A stretch of 64,000 bases of DNA from Vicugna vicugna (GCA_013265495.1 MU058718.1:4237648-4301647); one strand, 5' to 3'; counted from the stretch's first letter, positions 1-13,660 are shown. Program-made: numbers and translations. The notes: generated by a model not told the origin, from the letters alone.

Positions 1-94
1 ACTGAATGGTGTGAAATTGTGCAGAATGTGCTTAAAGGGGCTTCAGAGTCAGAAAACATGGAGCCCTGCGAGGCATCTCAGACAGTATCTGTGC

Positions 95-241
95 CAGGTT
101 TCCCAATAGTGACTGCTCTTCACAATCAACTGGAACACGTTCAAAATACAGACTCTGAGCCTCCAGATTGCACCTCCTCCACCTTAACCCCCAACACTAC
201 ACACAGTGCTTCTCCTGAGAAGTCAGGTTGGGGAACCACTG
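95..241. mobile_element. degenerate MER5-like hAT-Charlie MITE
   Basis: Ends in AGGTTGGGGAACCACTG and contains AAAATACAGACTCTGAGCC, both resembling MER5 motifs. Confidence 0.45.
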
Positions 242-1518
242 ATGTCATTCAAACTCTTCACTTCCGTTTCTGAAGTACAATTCTAGGGTACGTGACTTTC
301 GAAGGTCACATAGCTGGTTTGGCAGGATTGAGGTTAGAGTACAGGTCTTCTGAATATAATCCAGGGCTTTTTCTACAGCACATCATCTACTGGATGTGCC
401 CATTGAAGTGGCCGCCAGATGACCCCAGCAGTTCTGGTTGAGGAAGACCGTAAGAAGCATAGTCTTTGTGTATGGAAAGCAACCCCAGATACTTTCCCCA
501 GTATTGGCTTCCATGGTGGTTTATAACTCCCGTGTCTTAGTCTCAGCGTCACCTGGGCAGGAGATTCTGCTTCTAGCTCTGTAATTACCCCAGTTTCACT
601 TGTCCTTTGAGAGGTTGGGGAAAGAACTGTACATATGTGTGTAGATTTCTCTGTGCCTCAGTTTACCCCTATGGAAAATGGAGAGAATGGTGCCACCCTT
701 ATGTCTGCTTCTTTGGAGCTCTGCAGACCCAGTGCATGGCCACACAAAGGCATCCTGTGATCCCCTAGGCGGAGAAGAAGCCTTCTGTACCCACACAGAA
801 CTAGTCTTAAAGTCAAGGCTGCTTTTGCCACACTTCTTTTTTTACTGAAATGTAGTTGATTTACAACGTTGTGTTAGTTTCTGGTGTACAGCATAGTGAT
901 TCAGTTATACATATACATATATATATTCTTTTTCATATTTTTATTATAGGTTATTATAAGCTACTGAATGTAGTTCCCTGTGCTATATAGTAGGACCTTG
1001 TTGTTTATCTATTCTGTATACAGTAGTTTGTATCTGCTAATCCCAAACTCCCCACTTATCCCTCCCCAACCCCTTTCCACATTGGTAACCATAGTATGTT
1101 TTCAATGTCTATGAGTATTTGTTTTGTAAATAAGTTCATTTGTGTCATTTTTTAAAAATTCCACATATAAGTGATATCATGATATTTGTCTTTCTCTGTC
1201 TGACTTGCTTCACTTAGTATGATAATCTCTGGTCAACCCATGTTGCTGCAAATGGCATTATTTCATTCTTTTTTATGGCTGAGTAGTATTCCATTGTACA
1301 TATATACCACATCTTCTTTATCCAATCATCTGTCGATGGGCATTTGGGTTGCTTCCATGTCTTGGCTCTTCTAAATAGTGCTGCTATGAACATTGAGGTG
1401 CATGTATCTTTTCAAATTGGAGTTTTCTCTAGATATATGCCCAGGAGTGGTATTGTTGAATCATATTGAAACTCTATTTTTAGTTTTTAAAGGAATCTCC
1501 ATACTGTTTTCCACAGTG

Positions 1519-2418
1519 TTTGCACCAAACTGCATTCCCACCAACAGTGTAGGAGGGTTCCCTTTTCTTCACGCCCTCTCTAGCATGTATCATTTGTAGA
1601 TTTTTTTAAAAATTGAAGTATAGTCCATTTACAATGTGTCGATTTCTGGTGAACAGCATAATGCTTCAGTTATACATATACATATATATTCATTTTCATA
1701 TTCTTTTTCATTATAGGTTAGTACAGATATTGAACACAGTTCCCTGTGCTATACAGAAGAAACTTGTCGTTTATCTATTTTATACATTGTAGCTAATATT
1801 TGCAAATTTGAAACTCCCGATTTATCCCTTCCCATGCCTTTTCTCCCTGGTAACCATAAATTTGTTTACTATGTCTGTGAGTCCATTTCTGTTTTGTAGA
1901 TAAATTCATTTGTGTCTTCTTTTTTCATTTTTTAGACTCCACATCATTTGTAGACTTTCTGATGATAGTTTGCACCAAACTGCATTCCCACCAACAGTGT
2001 AGGAGGGTTCCCTTTTCTTCACGCCCTCTCTAGCATGTATCATTTGTAGATTTTTTTAAAAATTGAAGTATAGTCCATTTACAATGTGTCGATTTCTGGT
2101 GAACAGCATAATGCTTCAGTTATACATATACATATATATTCATTTTCATATTCTTTTTCATTATAGGTTAGTACAGATATTGAACACAGTTCCCTGTGCT
2201 ATACAGAAGAAACTTGTCGTTTATCTATTTTATACATTGTAGCTAATATTTGCAAATTTGAAACTCCCGATTTATCCCTTCCCATGCCTTTTCTCCCTGG
2301 TAACCATAAATTTGTTTACTATGTCTGTGAGTCCATTTCTGTTTTGTAGATAAATTCATTTGTGTCTTCTTTTTTCATTTTTTAGACTCCACATCATTTG
2401 TAGACTTTCTGATGATAG
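1519..2418. repeat. perfect tandem duplication, 2 x 450 bp
   Basis: 1519-1968 and 1969-2418 read identical block by block. Confidence 0.95.
1601..1942 (-). mobile_element. short L1 3'-end insertion nested in the older L1
   Basis: A new T-tract and L1 3' UTR start at 1601; TSD ATCATTTGTAGA at 1589-1600 and 1943-1954. Confidence 0.85.
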
Positions 2419-2789
2419 CCATTCTGACAGATGCGAGGTGATACCTCGTTATAGTTTTGATTTGCATGTCTCTGATAGTTAGCTATATTGAGCATCTTTT
2501 CATGTGCCTATTGGCCATCTGTATGTCTTCACTGGAGAAATGTCTGTTTGGGTCGTCTGCCCATTTTTTGATTGGGTGGATTGTTTTATTTTTATTTTAA
2601 ATAATTCTGATGTCAGAATATCATTGTGACAACTTTGGCTACCCTGCATGCCTTCCAGGAAGGGCTACCTTCTCCTCTTGGTTTCTGGAGGGCTAGTAAA
2701 ATATTTCCTGTGGGTGATCTTGGTAGGGACCCCAATTTTGAGGGACTAAACAAAATAAAAAATGAAATACTACTACAACTAGCAAAATA

Positions 2790-2990
2790 GCTAGCACTGA
2801 GTTGTTACTGAATGCCAGGGACTCTGCCAAACATTTTACATGCATCTAATTCTCACTGTGGCCCTATAAACAAAGTGTTATGAGTCTTCTCATTTTACAG
2901 ATATGGAAAATGAGGCTCAGAAAAGCTAAAGAACTTGCCCAAGATCACATAGCTGCTAAGTGATGAAGCCAGAATTCACACCCACATCCT
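2790..2990 (-). mobile_element. MIR SINE
   Basis: MIR core CATTTTACAGATATGGAAAATGAGGCTCAG...ACTTGCCCAAGATCACATAGCT. Confidence 0.8.
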
Positions 2991-4659
2991 GCAGTGTCCA
3001 GGGGCAAAACTCTGGTAAAGGGGGTTGATGATGGGTCACTGTTGTCATGAGCTTGACTTTCTACATGGCTCTGCCTGGTGCTTCCTAGTGGGATGTCGCA
3101 CCCTGATGTGGCTTGAGTCAAGGGCAGCTCAGGCGCTGCAGCTGTGACTGTCTGCTGGGAGGGTCACAGCTCCCTCAGTTCGGGGACCGCCTGACCCAGC
3201 CTGACCAAATTAGAGCAACTAATGGGTGTGACATAATTTGACATGTACATTGTTAGCTGAACCCCAGGGGAGATGATTTTAAATAGAGACAATATCGTGC
3301 CGGGAACTATTTGGGTTACGGAGCCCTTATTTTCTGACTCTTGCAGGAAAAAAGAATTGTGTCAGGATAAACTGAAAAGCCCCAAGAAGCTGCTCCCAGG
3401 TCAGGAGAGCAGCAGGCTGGCTGGATTGGGAGAGATTCTCCCTGGGAGTTTCAGGGACTTCACCCTCATTTCCTAGCATTTTATCACCCAAACACTTTCA
3501 AAACCCAAGTTAAGAACCACTAACTCTACCCACTCTTCCCCCAGAGCCTCCCTAACCAGGGGCGTTCAGAACCCCAGTCAAAATCCAGAAAACCAGGCAC
3601 AGCTTGAAGCCCCCACTTGCCCTCCATCCTGCTTTCCCTTTCTCAGCAACCTACCCAGGGGCCGGGCTGGGGGCCCACACAGGTGCCCTCTCTCTGGGCA
3701 TCGCCCAATGCCCAACACCCAGTCACAGCAAGACTTACCCGTCCTTTTCCCATGCCTTCATACTTGCTTCCTGACCTTCATAAAGAGGATGTGCGTCTCT
3801 GTGTTCCAGGGCCACTGATCTTAATGGCTTAGTATGGGCTCATCCTCTCAGCAAGACCTGCTGACTGTATGACTCATAACCAGCAACCAAGAAATGATGA
3901 CTGTTGAATTAATGAATGACAGTGAGAGTAGCGAAGTTACTTTGGCAACCCCATGCCTTAATCCCCACCCCATAAGCCTCATTTTGGCTTTCGGGATAAT
4001 ACAAATGAATTTGGGAGCAAAAAATTTTTGTCTTTTTAAAAAACTGAAGCTCTTGAAATAGTACTACGTGGAAAAGATGGCCAGGAGAGATCCAGGGCAC
4101 ATGGTGGCCTCCCCACATGCACTTCCTTTTTCCCCATCCTAGCAGGGTCACCTAATTCCCAGCCATGCAACTGGAAGAGATCAACCTAACTGAAGTCATC
4201 CAGTGGGTTCCACTGTCCAACTCACTCCAGATACAGTGATTGGTTTGGGGACGGCCACCTGGTCCAGATATAAGGAGACTTCGCCAAGGGCTTTTGGGAT
4301 CTTGTGATCATTAAGTGAGACAGTCACAGAATAAAACTGTGGGAGAGTAAGACCTGGAAGGACATTGGGTCTTCACTGACTTGTCCAGCTCCTCTGTCTG
4401 GCCTTACCTAAGCTCAACCAACCTCTGGACTTCTAAATTACATAAGCAAACAGACTCTTTGTTTAAGCCAAATAAACATATAATATATAACCCCTTGATT
4501 CCTTTTATGATTGAGCTCAGAGACTATTTTGTCAAGTTATATCACCTTTGTTTTACAGCTTACTTAACTTTATAAAAAATAAACATACCAGAAAGCAAAC
4601 AAATAAAGTCTCTAATTTTTTACTCTTTGTTCGAAGCCTTCCAAAGATCCCTAAGCTTG

Positions 4660-5130
4660 TGATGTCCCAGATGAATGAGGAAATAATGGTGGTTTCAAGA
4701 AGATAGAAGCTTATTTCTCTCTCACACAAAAGAAGGCTGGAATCTGGCTGGTGTGGGAGCTACAATGTCATCAAGGTTCCAGGTTTCCTCCATCTTTTTG
4801 TTCTGCCATCCTTAGCATATGGCTTCCATCTTCAAATTCACTTCATGGTCCAACTAGAGCTCCAGCCATCACATTGATCTTCCTGTTCCAGGAAGGCACA
4901 GGAGGAGAGGAGAAGGGAAAACAATGAGTATGCCAGTAGTCTCCCCCTTTTTGGTTGTCTTCACAGAAGACCACCCAACAACTTCTGCTTATTTCTCAAT
5001 GGCCAGCCCAGCTGCAAATGTGGCTGACAAGTGTAGTCTTTCAGCTGGACACTCTGTCATCCAATTTAAAATCTGGGTTGTGTTGTGAAGGAAAAGGGGG
5101 AGAGTAGATACCGGGTAGGCAACTAGCAAT
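4660..5130 (-). mobile_element. MLT1-type (ERVL-MaLR) solo LTR
   Basis: TTATTTCTCTCTCACA, TCTGCCATCCTTAGCAT and GCTCCAGCCATCACAT motifs typical of antisense MLT1J-like LTRs. Confidence 0.7.
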
Positions 5131-6257
5131 CCCCCCCCGCCTTAACAACTGAGCCCAGCTTCTGTGTTCAGTTCTGTTGCTTGGTACCTGCTCCTCCAAG
5201 GAGACCCCATGGTTCACGCTGTAATTACTCTCTCCGAAGACCCTTAACCTCCCAAGCTGGTCGCCCCCCACTTCACCCACCAACGATCCCCTGACCAGCA
5301 TCTTCTGATTTATCCAGTTAAGCAGTTTCTGAGCACCTGCTGTCTTTTATTAGAACACCTCAATCTTTCATTAGAATCTTGGCTTCAGTTTAACTCAAAC
5401 ACACTTGGACTTCTTCTCTGCCATGCCTAGTCAGATCCCACTCATACTCACCCTTCTGGATTTACCAGTCTTTCCTTAGAGCTGTGTTCCTCCCAACACA
5501 GGTCTGCTCTTCAGTATCAGTTTCTAACTTCTTTCAAGCATTAAGGTTCTCAATCCCGTGGGCCGAGGGCCTAGGGCAACGAGGACTACGGTTAGCAACA
5601 GCAGCTGAGTAGGGGTTGCTCTCCAAACCTTCAAGGAGGACGGGGCATGCTTTTGCCTGGGGACAGGTGACTGAGTGAGGCCAGGGCAATGACTTCTTTT
5701 TCAGTTGTCCCAAGGCCTCTGGCCCCTTCTTGTACATTTCAGACCCCGTAGACAGCATCACATGCCTCAGTAAGCAATGAACAACGCACACAAGGCAAAG
5801 TCAGACAACAGTAATGAAGTCAATTATTGTCTTGCTAGAGACAAGACATCTGGTCCTCGCTACCTCACCTGCACAGAAGCAGAAAAGAAGAAAAAAAAAA
5901 TCAATGATAATGCTAACCAAACATGCTACCTTGAGTTCTCATATAAAGAACACCTTTCAAAAGTATCTAGTTCTTTCACTTGAATTTTCCCATTTTGATT
6001 TTAATCATATATTTAAGGCTATTGTAACTCAAAAATGTACGTTCTCTTAGAACGTCTTTTCAAATAGAAATATCATTAGGCAAATGTGAACAATTATCCC
6101 CAACTGGATTTTTTTAAGTTAAAGTCTTCAGAGGAATAGATAAATTATGCTTTAAATCATTGATTTCAAACAAAATCTATGAGACATAATATTATAGGTT
6201 TAACTAAGAGGGCTTGACTTTGGATTTAGAGTTTGTTAATTGATCTAGTCATCCCTC

Positions 6258-6443
6258 TCTTTTTTATAAAATTGAAGTACAGTTGATTTATAAGGTGGTG
6301 TTAGTTTCAAGTGTACAGTAAGGTGATTCAATTTTTCATACACACACACATATATATATATTCTTTTTCAGATTCTTTTCCACTATAGGTTATTGCAAGA
6401 TATTGAATACGGTTTCCAGTGCTATACAATAGGTCCTTGTTGT
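6258..6443 (-). mobile_element. short L1 3'-end insertion
   Basis: T-tract plus L1 3' UTR; TSD beginning TAGTCATC at 6246 and 6444. Confidence 0.85.
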
Positions 6444-7364
6444 TAGTCATCTCTTTTATTAAAGCTATCCATATATTTTTTTATAATTATAATAAGGACC
6501 AAATGAGAAACAGTGAGAAGGTCTGAGCTCTAAGAGGCTCTGTTACTGTATTGAGAGGGCAGTTAAAGAAATTCCAAAGGAATGCGTTGGCCTATTGCTG
6601 CTTTTTAATTTCCAACTCTGCTTTTTAATTTCCAACAACTGACAGTGACAATTCCAAACATTTCCCATGTATTATTTGGATTAAGCAGAGCTTGATTCTC
6701 CAGGGAAAACAGGCAGCATTAACAACAACAACAAAAAGTGCCTCTTGCTGAAAAGTCAGTCTGTACTCAGGTGTCACACTGCCGTCTGATGACAAGATCC
6801 CCGTGGAGAAGCAATGCTGGCAGTGACTTCAGTCCCCTAGGAGCACGGTCACCAGTACCCGAGGCCCTTGGGAGCACCGGTTGGATCTCAGAGGATGTGT
6901 CTTTTTGGTGTTGGAGAGGACACACTGAGGTGGGCAGATGCTGAAACTGAAAGAACTTACTTCAGAAAGGTCATTTGAAGGAGATTTTACCCAGGAATGA
7001 CATTCTCCTCTGTCTTGGAGTAGAAGACCAGCCAGGTCCTGGCAGCCCTACAGCCTGGGCCTTGTTCCAGGGCTGCAGTCCCCTGACAGGAGGCTAGGCA
7101 ATGTGACCCTGGCGGCACAGAAACCCTGGACAGGCCTCTGCGGCTGGGGGCCTGAGCACCAGCTCACTGATGAGAAATTGCGCTGTGCGGGGAGACGTTG
7201 CCCTCCCTGGGCTGTCAGAGCCTCCCTTGTTACTTCCCCCCAGTATACTGCAGCCTGATTCTCTCTGTCCTTCCTGCGGTAGCACTTTGTTGTGAGGACC
7301 CTGAGCCACAAAACAAAAGGGGCACTTGTATATCATTTTACACAAGAGGCGTAGGTCCCACACA

Positions 7365-7520
7365 ACTAGCTGTGTGATGTTGGGCAAGTCACTTGACTTC
7401 TCTGTGCTTTAGTTGCTGCAGCAGTAAAGTGGGGATTCTGATCGCTTCACCTGACACGGCTGTTAAGCGTTCAGCAAAATCTTCTGGGAAGCGCTGAGGA
7501 ATAATGCCTGGCCCACAGAG
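7365..7520 (+). mobile_element. MIR SINE
   Basis: ACTAGCTGTGTGATGTTGGGCAAGTCACTTGACTTCTCTGTGC matches the MIR core. Confidence 0.7.
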
Positions 7521-8770
7521 CTTCATAAAACTGGCTGTCCCCACAAATGATAGGGGAGCAGTTTCTCCCCTGGTTTCCACTCCACCAACGCTCGTTTGCC
7601 TCTCCCAACACAGGGCAAAGATGATAAGAAAGTGAAATGTCTCTCTTGGTCTCCAAATCCTTTAATTCCATCAGTAGTTCTTGAGATATCAAACGATATC
7701 TGTGTGTGCCTGTGTGTGCATATAGATTCCTTTAATTCTATAAAGTCTATGCTGATTTGGTTTCATTTTAATCTAATGGTGAAAGGCTATGTATTCAACT
7801 GTTAGTACTTTGGTTTCAGGAACATGTGGATAAAATGTAACTAGCGTTATCTTGGTTCAAATTCCTTTTTTGTGACCAACTGTTGTCTCAATGAAATTTT
7901 GCAGGGTTTTTGTTTGTTTTTTTCTGAGTTACAGCAGACAGTAAAATAAACACATCCAGGCCTTCTCACACTGAGATAGGCTGATGCCAAATTCGGTCTA
8001 TGGAGGCCTCCTCTTGGCTTCTCTGGTCACCATGCAGAACAGATTTTCATGCACATTGAAGACAGTCCATTAGTTCTTGGCAAGGAGAATGAAATTTTCA
8101 AAGCTGCTTTCTCCAACAAGCACACCCCACCTCAGCCCCTTCTCATACACAAAATCTTGCTGAAGCGGAGAGGCTCTCCCCCACCTGCAGAGAAGAGAGG
8201 GCAGCTCCATCTTCTGTCACCCGGCTACAGCCTTGACAATCGTCACCAGCATGATAGCCCTGGGCTTGGCTCAGTCCTTAAATTCCCAAGGCACCACCCA
8301 GATTAACATCTCTCCTCCCCTCTCAGGAAAGAAGCATTTTTATTTCAAAATCATATATAGTAAGAGCTTTGGAAACTAGTTTGCAGACTTCTCTGTTTCT
8401 GAGGAAGTCATGTCCATTCACATCCAAAATTTTCCCTCAGTGCCTCAGGTGTTGTGTTTACTGAGCGTCCGGGCTCTCACAGGGCAGCCACAAAGGAAAC
8501 AAAGAAGTTGTGCCTCTATCTGCTACAGTGGAAATGGAAGCCATGATGATATGGGTCGAGCAGAGTTCTCAATGGAATCTTTAGGCTGATTCTTAGGAGG
8601 AAAAAGCCTGTAGGTTCCTGTTAGAGTTCCAGCTGCCACTGGGTGTGGGTTCCTTGACCAAAATGTACTCTGAGCAAGGTTTCCTTCCTGCAAGGGGGAT
8701 GAGCACTGTCGTGAAAGGTACTGAGGTGCTAAGGATCAATATTCACCAGCAACCTGCATTTTGGAGCATG

Positions 8771-8784
8771 GTTACCATGGTAAC
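8771..8784. promoter_or_regulatory. perfect palindromic RFX X-box motif
   Basis: GTTACCATGGTAAC matches the RFX consensus GTTRCCATGGYAAC and lies in apparently unique sequence; function not shown. Confidence 0.5.
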
Positions 8785-9465
8785 ATCAGCCCCAAATGAC
8801 TGTCATGAGGTGAAAAAATTCTCTTAAAATAAAGGAGACCAGAAAAGGTATATTTATAAACCTCTTAACAAACCCCTATCTGTTTGCAAAGTAGAACGTG
8901 TTCCTTAAGCTATAGATGCCCAAAGATTGGGAGAAATTTCATGACATAAACATTTTCTTAAATTCAAAGAATTGTTATTCTCACTCCTCCAAAAATGGTC
9001 TGTAAAAGTAATGAATACAGATTTTTTTTTAAATGGGGAGAGTTCTAAGGAGTGACGGGCTTATGCACTTTAATATTGTGCAGTTATGACATTAAAATTC
9101 TGCACTAAATGATGAATAGCTTATTTGCAGTTTGTAAAATGATACTTGACTGGGAGTGTTCTTGTGTCTAAGTTGTACAGATTCTTTCTGGCAGGGTCAG
9201 TAAGCCCAGCATCATAAAATGTGTTACACAATGGGAAAAAGACATTGGTCACACAGATAAAACCTCACGGGCACAGTGTTTGCCCCGCCCTTGTGAAGCT
9301 CCGTCCCTCGTTTGCCTTTCCTTACGAACAGAAGCACCGTTTTATTTGGAGCGGCAGTGCGCCCCGCCAGAATACCCAGGTTCACAGCCTCCCTGGCAGT
9401 TAGAGGCAGCCAAGTGATAGGGTTCTGGCCAGTAACATAGTGTTAGAAGGCCCTGGGGAGGGTAT

Positions 9466-9970
9466 TGCTGGGAGATGGTTCTCCATGGTCTCTCTCATTT
9501 CTGTAAGCCTCTTGCAAACAGAGGCACTTACTAATAGTAACAGACTATCTTCCCAAGGATGTTTGAATAGCATACAACCTTGGAAGATAGAGATATTGTC
9601 CCTCCAGAGCAAAGGGAAGGCTTACTTAGATCCTCGGAAGACAAGGAGGATGTTTCACTCCAGAGCAAAGGGCAGGCCTGCCTACTTCCCATTGCGTAAG
9701 TTTTGGAGTCCCAGAGTTCAAGGTTCCTCTCCTGTGAGGCAGCCCTCTCCTGTGCAGGCATGCCTGTGGGCCTATCCGTACTGCCCCCATGGGACCTGAG
9801 GGCAAGGAGAATGGCCACAAATCATGCTGCTTGCTGTGTGCTGAGTCACAAGGGTGGCTGCCTCTGACCCTGGTGTCTCGTGACTCCTGCCATCAACCAT
9901 GAAACTGTGGCAGACTAAGACCTTAGCTTGCAAACGGGATGAACTCTCAGGCCCTTCATTGTTCTTGGCT
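9466..9970 (+). mobile_element. ERVL-class solo LTR (MER76/MER21-group-like)
   Basis: Starts TGCTGGGAGATGGTTCTCCATGGTCTCT; has CAAGGATGTTTG...CCTTGGAAGATAGAGAT and repeated CTCCAGAGCAAAGGG; ends near GTTCTTGGC. Confidence 0.7.
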
Positions 9971-10014
9971 GGATAGAAAAAGAAAGGTAGGAGAAAGCTC
10001 TTGCCCCGAGGGGC

Positions 10015-10250
10015 TTCTCCTTTCTTCCTGCCTTGAGGTACAGCAACCGTTTGGGGACCACGAGGTGACAGTGCGAGGACAAAGGTCTACCTGCTAAGGA
10101 TGGCAAAGCAGAAAGATGGCGAACCTGGGTCCCTGACAGAGAATTACAGTACCAGTCCTGGTCTGCTTGATCTCAGGCTTCTTGTTATGTGAGATAAATG
10201 GGCCTCTGTTTAAGTCAAGGATAATTTTTTTTCCCAAGCAAATGCATCCC
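10015..10250 (+). mobile_element. MLT1-type MaLR LTR fragment
   Basis: CTAAGGATGGCAAAGCAGAAAGATGG...CCTGGGTCCCTGA...CTTCTTGTTATGTGAGATAAA. Confidence 0.65.
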
Positions 10251-11231
10251 TAGAATTTGTATCAAACATAGTAATTACATAATAGTAATTGTGTCAAACA
10301 CATGCAACTTAGGGCAAGTGTGTTGCTACCTTCCTTACTTCTTGATCCAGATTCTACCTCTCTGTATATTAACATTATTGTATGTATCTCTTATAAGCTA
10401 ACTCACATTCCTTTGAAAAAATCATGTAAAAGTCAATTCACTAAGTACAGTTTGGTCCTGGGCCAAACTTATCCCTGAACTTTTATGAGTTATCCCTTAA
10501 GCGATTAGTCAAGTAGGCAGTAAAAATAATAGGACTGTCCCTTTCTAGAAACGTCTACCACATGTCACGAGGTCTGTTTGCCACTAGTGTGTATCCAGCT
10601 CCCAGCAATATGGCTGGCTCTTGGCAGGCTGTCAAATTCTTATTAAGCAAGTGTTCATGAAAGGTCTGTCTTTATCAAATGTGTTGGTTATGCCCAAAGA
10701 AAATTAAGATTTAACAGAGGATTTCAACACATTAGGTCTGTCACTTGACTATAGTAGGTGTGTTAAGAAAAGACCGCAGATGAATTTCAAAGAAGCAACT
10801 TCTTCTCTTTGTTCCTTCTGACTATAAAATGCTGCATGACTTAACAATGGAATCCAAAGAATCTGTTCAACCTTGAAAACTGGTGCAATAGGATACCAAG
10901 AAGTAATAACCCCCGTCATCAGAGATGAACACATCTCTGAATGTCATGCACACAAATTATTTTTAGAACATTAAGTAAAATTGGACACTTGTGTCAGGAA
11001 GAAAAAGTAATGAATACACAAGATGAGACTCCAGGAGGGCGATTTAGAACTTTGCCCCCAAAATAGGATAAACAAAAAGATACTGTGCACAATAAGATGA
11101 GTTACAAACATTCTTAGTATTGTTTTCAGTATACGTTATGATTCCTAGTTTCTGTTCAAAACCTAAATTATGGGAAATTACCTATAATCTGTGTCTTGGT
11201 ATGATTTCTGTTTAAGAAATCTATCCAAAAC

Positions 11232-12000
11232 ACAGTAAAATACCATTTCACACCCATTGGGATGGCTATTATTTTTGAAAAAATGGAAAATAGCAAGTGT
11301 TGGCAGGATGGGAAATAATTAGAACCCTTGTGTGCGTTGGTGGGACTGTAAAATGGTACGGCCACTGTGGAAAACAGTTTGTGGTTCCTCAGAAATTAAA
11401 CCTAGAATTACCATATGATTAAGCCATTCCATTTCTCAGTGTATACTCAAAAGAACTGAAAAGAGAAACTGAACCAGATATTTGCACACCAGTGCTCACA
11501 GCAGCTTTATTTACAATGGCCAAAGGTGGAACAGACCAACTTTCCCACCAGCCTATGAAGGGCTACACAAAATGTTGTATATGCAGACAATAAAATAGTA
11601 TTCAGCCATAAAGATGAATGAAATTCTGATATCCACTATAACATGCAAGAACCTTGAAAACATTATGCTAAGTGTAAAACTATAAATATTGTATTATTTT
11701 TGTCCCAAAGGGCAAATATTCAATTTTCCATTTACATGAGGTCCCTGGAATAGACAGATTGAAGGAGACAGAAAATTAAATGATGGTTACCAGGGACTGG
11801 CGGGGATGGAGGCATGGAAAGTTGTTGCTTATTTGGTGCAGAGTTTCTGTTTGGGTAGATGAAAACATTCTGGAAATAGATAGTGGTGACGGTTGTACAA
11901 CATTGTGTATGTACTTCTTAGTGTCACGGAATTGTACACTTAAACATGGTTAAAATGGTTAATTTTTATGTTGTGTATGTTTTACCGCAAGGAAAAAAAA
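11232..12000 (+). mobile_element. old L1 (L1MB-like) 3' end
   Basis: ORF2 end (ATACCATTTCACACCCATTGGGATGGCT, GAATTACCATATGA) and 3' UTR (GAAAACATTCTGGAAATAGATAGTGGTGA) ending in an A-tract. Confidence 0.85.
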
Positions 12001-12899
12001 TTGATGAAACAAATCAAACGGAAGTTAGGTTTTATTTGTTTGTTTCAGGAAGAGCACACAGAACAGATTTTAAAATTCCGTTCGGGTTTCATTTTGTTCG
12101 TCTTTGCTTTCTTTGAGCCCTGCCCGCCTGTGCTGTGAAGCAGAGTGACTAAGATGCCCAAACAACGTTGCCAAAGCCTTTCGGGCTGTGGGTCTGAGCA
12201 GTCATGCGCCTCAGGAGGGCTTAGGTCATTTGGAAAGTTATCTAGTCGGGCAGTTTCATTTCAGTTCTTCAAGTCTCAGGAGTGTGCATCATTGTAGCCC
12301 CCCTCTCCCACCCTCCGGCGTACATTGGGCCAGAATTTGTTTGTGAAAATATTATTTTAGGATTCCTTCCACTCCCATCATCTGCTTATTTTCCTTCCTG
12401 CATATTTCATCCTGAAGCAGAGAGAGTCCTGATTCAGCAGTTAAAATAGTCTATGCATTAGTTATCACTTCCTGGTGACCCACTTTATACACAATTACTC
12501 ATTCTGGCATTGAAAGTCCAGATTAAAAAAAAAAAATCCTGGGACGAAAGTATGTATCTGTGGGGGAGAAAAGGAGGGGAGAAGATATTGACTGAATATC
12601 TATTGGGTGCACTCTGAGGACCCCGAAGTGGGCATCCCAAATCAGCCCCCAGACTTCCCACCTCATTTACTCTCCTGCAAAAGCTCTCAAATCACACCCT
12701 CTTCAGGCATCCCACACCCACAACCCCACTTTTTCTACCTCCCCCGCTTTCATTTCCTTCCGAAAAAATCCATCTCTACACTGACTCCACCAAATTCCGA
12801 TGTCTGCTGTACCTCCCTGCACTCAGTGCCATGGGGAATGCAGAGAGCAAGGCGACAGCCCCGGCTCCGGGGAGGTGTATGTGCCGGTGCAGGGCCGCT

Positions 12900-13050
12900 C
12901 CCACACCAATGTGCTACAGGCACCACTAAATGCTTGTGACATGCAGATTCCTGGGCCCCGACCAGACTCTGATTCAGTCAGTCAGCACTGTTAATAGCTC
13001 CCCAGAGAACTCTGACTGGGACCCTAAGAACATATTTTGAGAAACACTGT
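12900..13050. mobile_element. MER5A-like hAT MITE
   Basis: ATGCAGATTCCTGGGCCCC...CTCTGATTCAG...TTTTGAGAAACACTG. Confidence 0.6.
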
Positions 13051-13575
13051 GGCAGGTTGGAAGGCAACAGAATCTGTTCTGGGGTATACTGACGTAGCTC
13101 CAGCATTGCGGGAGAACAGGGAACAGAGAGACAGAATTGGCCTGAGAGATTGACGAAAGTCTTCGTGGAAGAGGCTCTTTCAAAGAAGAGCTGAAATTAG
13201 ACGGGGCTGGGGGAGGGTAGGCACAGCAGGCACGGTCATCTGCTGCCACTCACCCCGAAGGTGAGGGCAAGGCTTTGGGTCACATTCCTCTCACCCAGGG
13301 CCTTTAGAGCATGTGGGGAGGACAGGAGACTCTGGGGCAAGGGGTACACTCATCTCTGAGAGGATCTACGTGGATGATGCTTTTCTCTGGGGTTCCCTCC
13401 GCCACTCTGAGCCCCAGCTCTGGACCAACCTGCTAACAGAGGGCCCTGGACAAGGTCCTTCCCTTCTCCAGCCTCAGGTGAAGGGGAGATGTTATCTGCT
13501 TTGTAGGTTTGATATAAGAATTCAATGAGTCAATGTGTATAAAACCCTTGGTACACAACTAAAATTCAATACATT

Positions 13576-13660
13576 GGGGAGAGTATAGCTCAGTGGTAGA
13601 GCACATGCTTAGCATGCACGAGGTCCTGGGTTCAATCCCCAGTAAAGTAATTTTTAAAAA
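13576..13660 (+). mobile_element. tRNA-Ala(AGC)-derived SINE (camelid Vic-1 type), short copy
   Basis: GGGGAGAGTATAGCTCAGTGGTAGAGCACATGCTTAGCATGCACGAGGTCCTGGGTTCAATCCCCAGTA with A and B boxes; TCAATACAT on both sides. Confidence 0.85.

Larger units (their letters stand above)
835..2600 (-). mobile_element. 5'-truncated L1 (3' UTR plus ORF2 C-terminus) with a nested L1 3' fragment and an internal tandem duplication
   Basis: Poly-T followed by TAGTTGATTTACAACGTTGTGTTAGTTTCTGGTGTACAGC (antisense artiodactyl L1 3' UTR); ORF2-end motifs GCAAATGGCATTATTTCATTC and CCCAGGAGTGG. Confidence 0.93.

Noticed and set aside
13576..13645. Functional tRNA-Ala gene
   Set aside because: The acceptor stem is incomplete, it has an A-rich tail and TSD, and sibling copies carry the SINE tail; it is a SINE.
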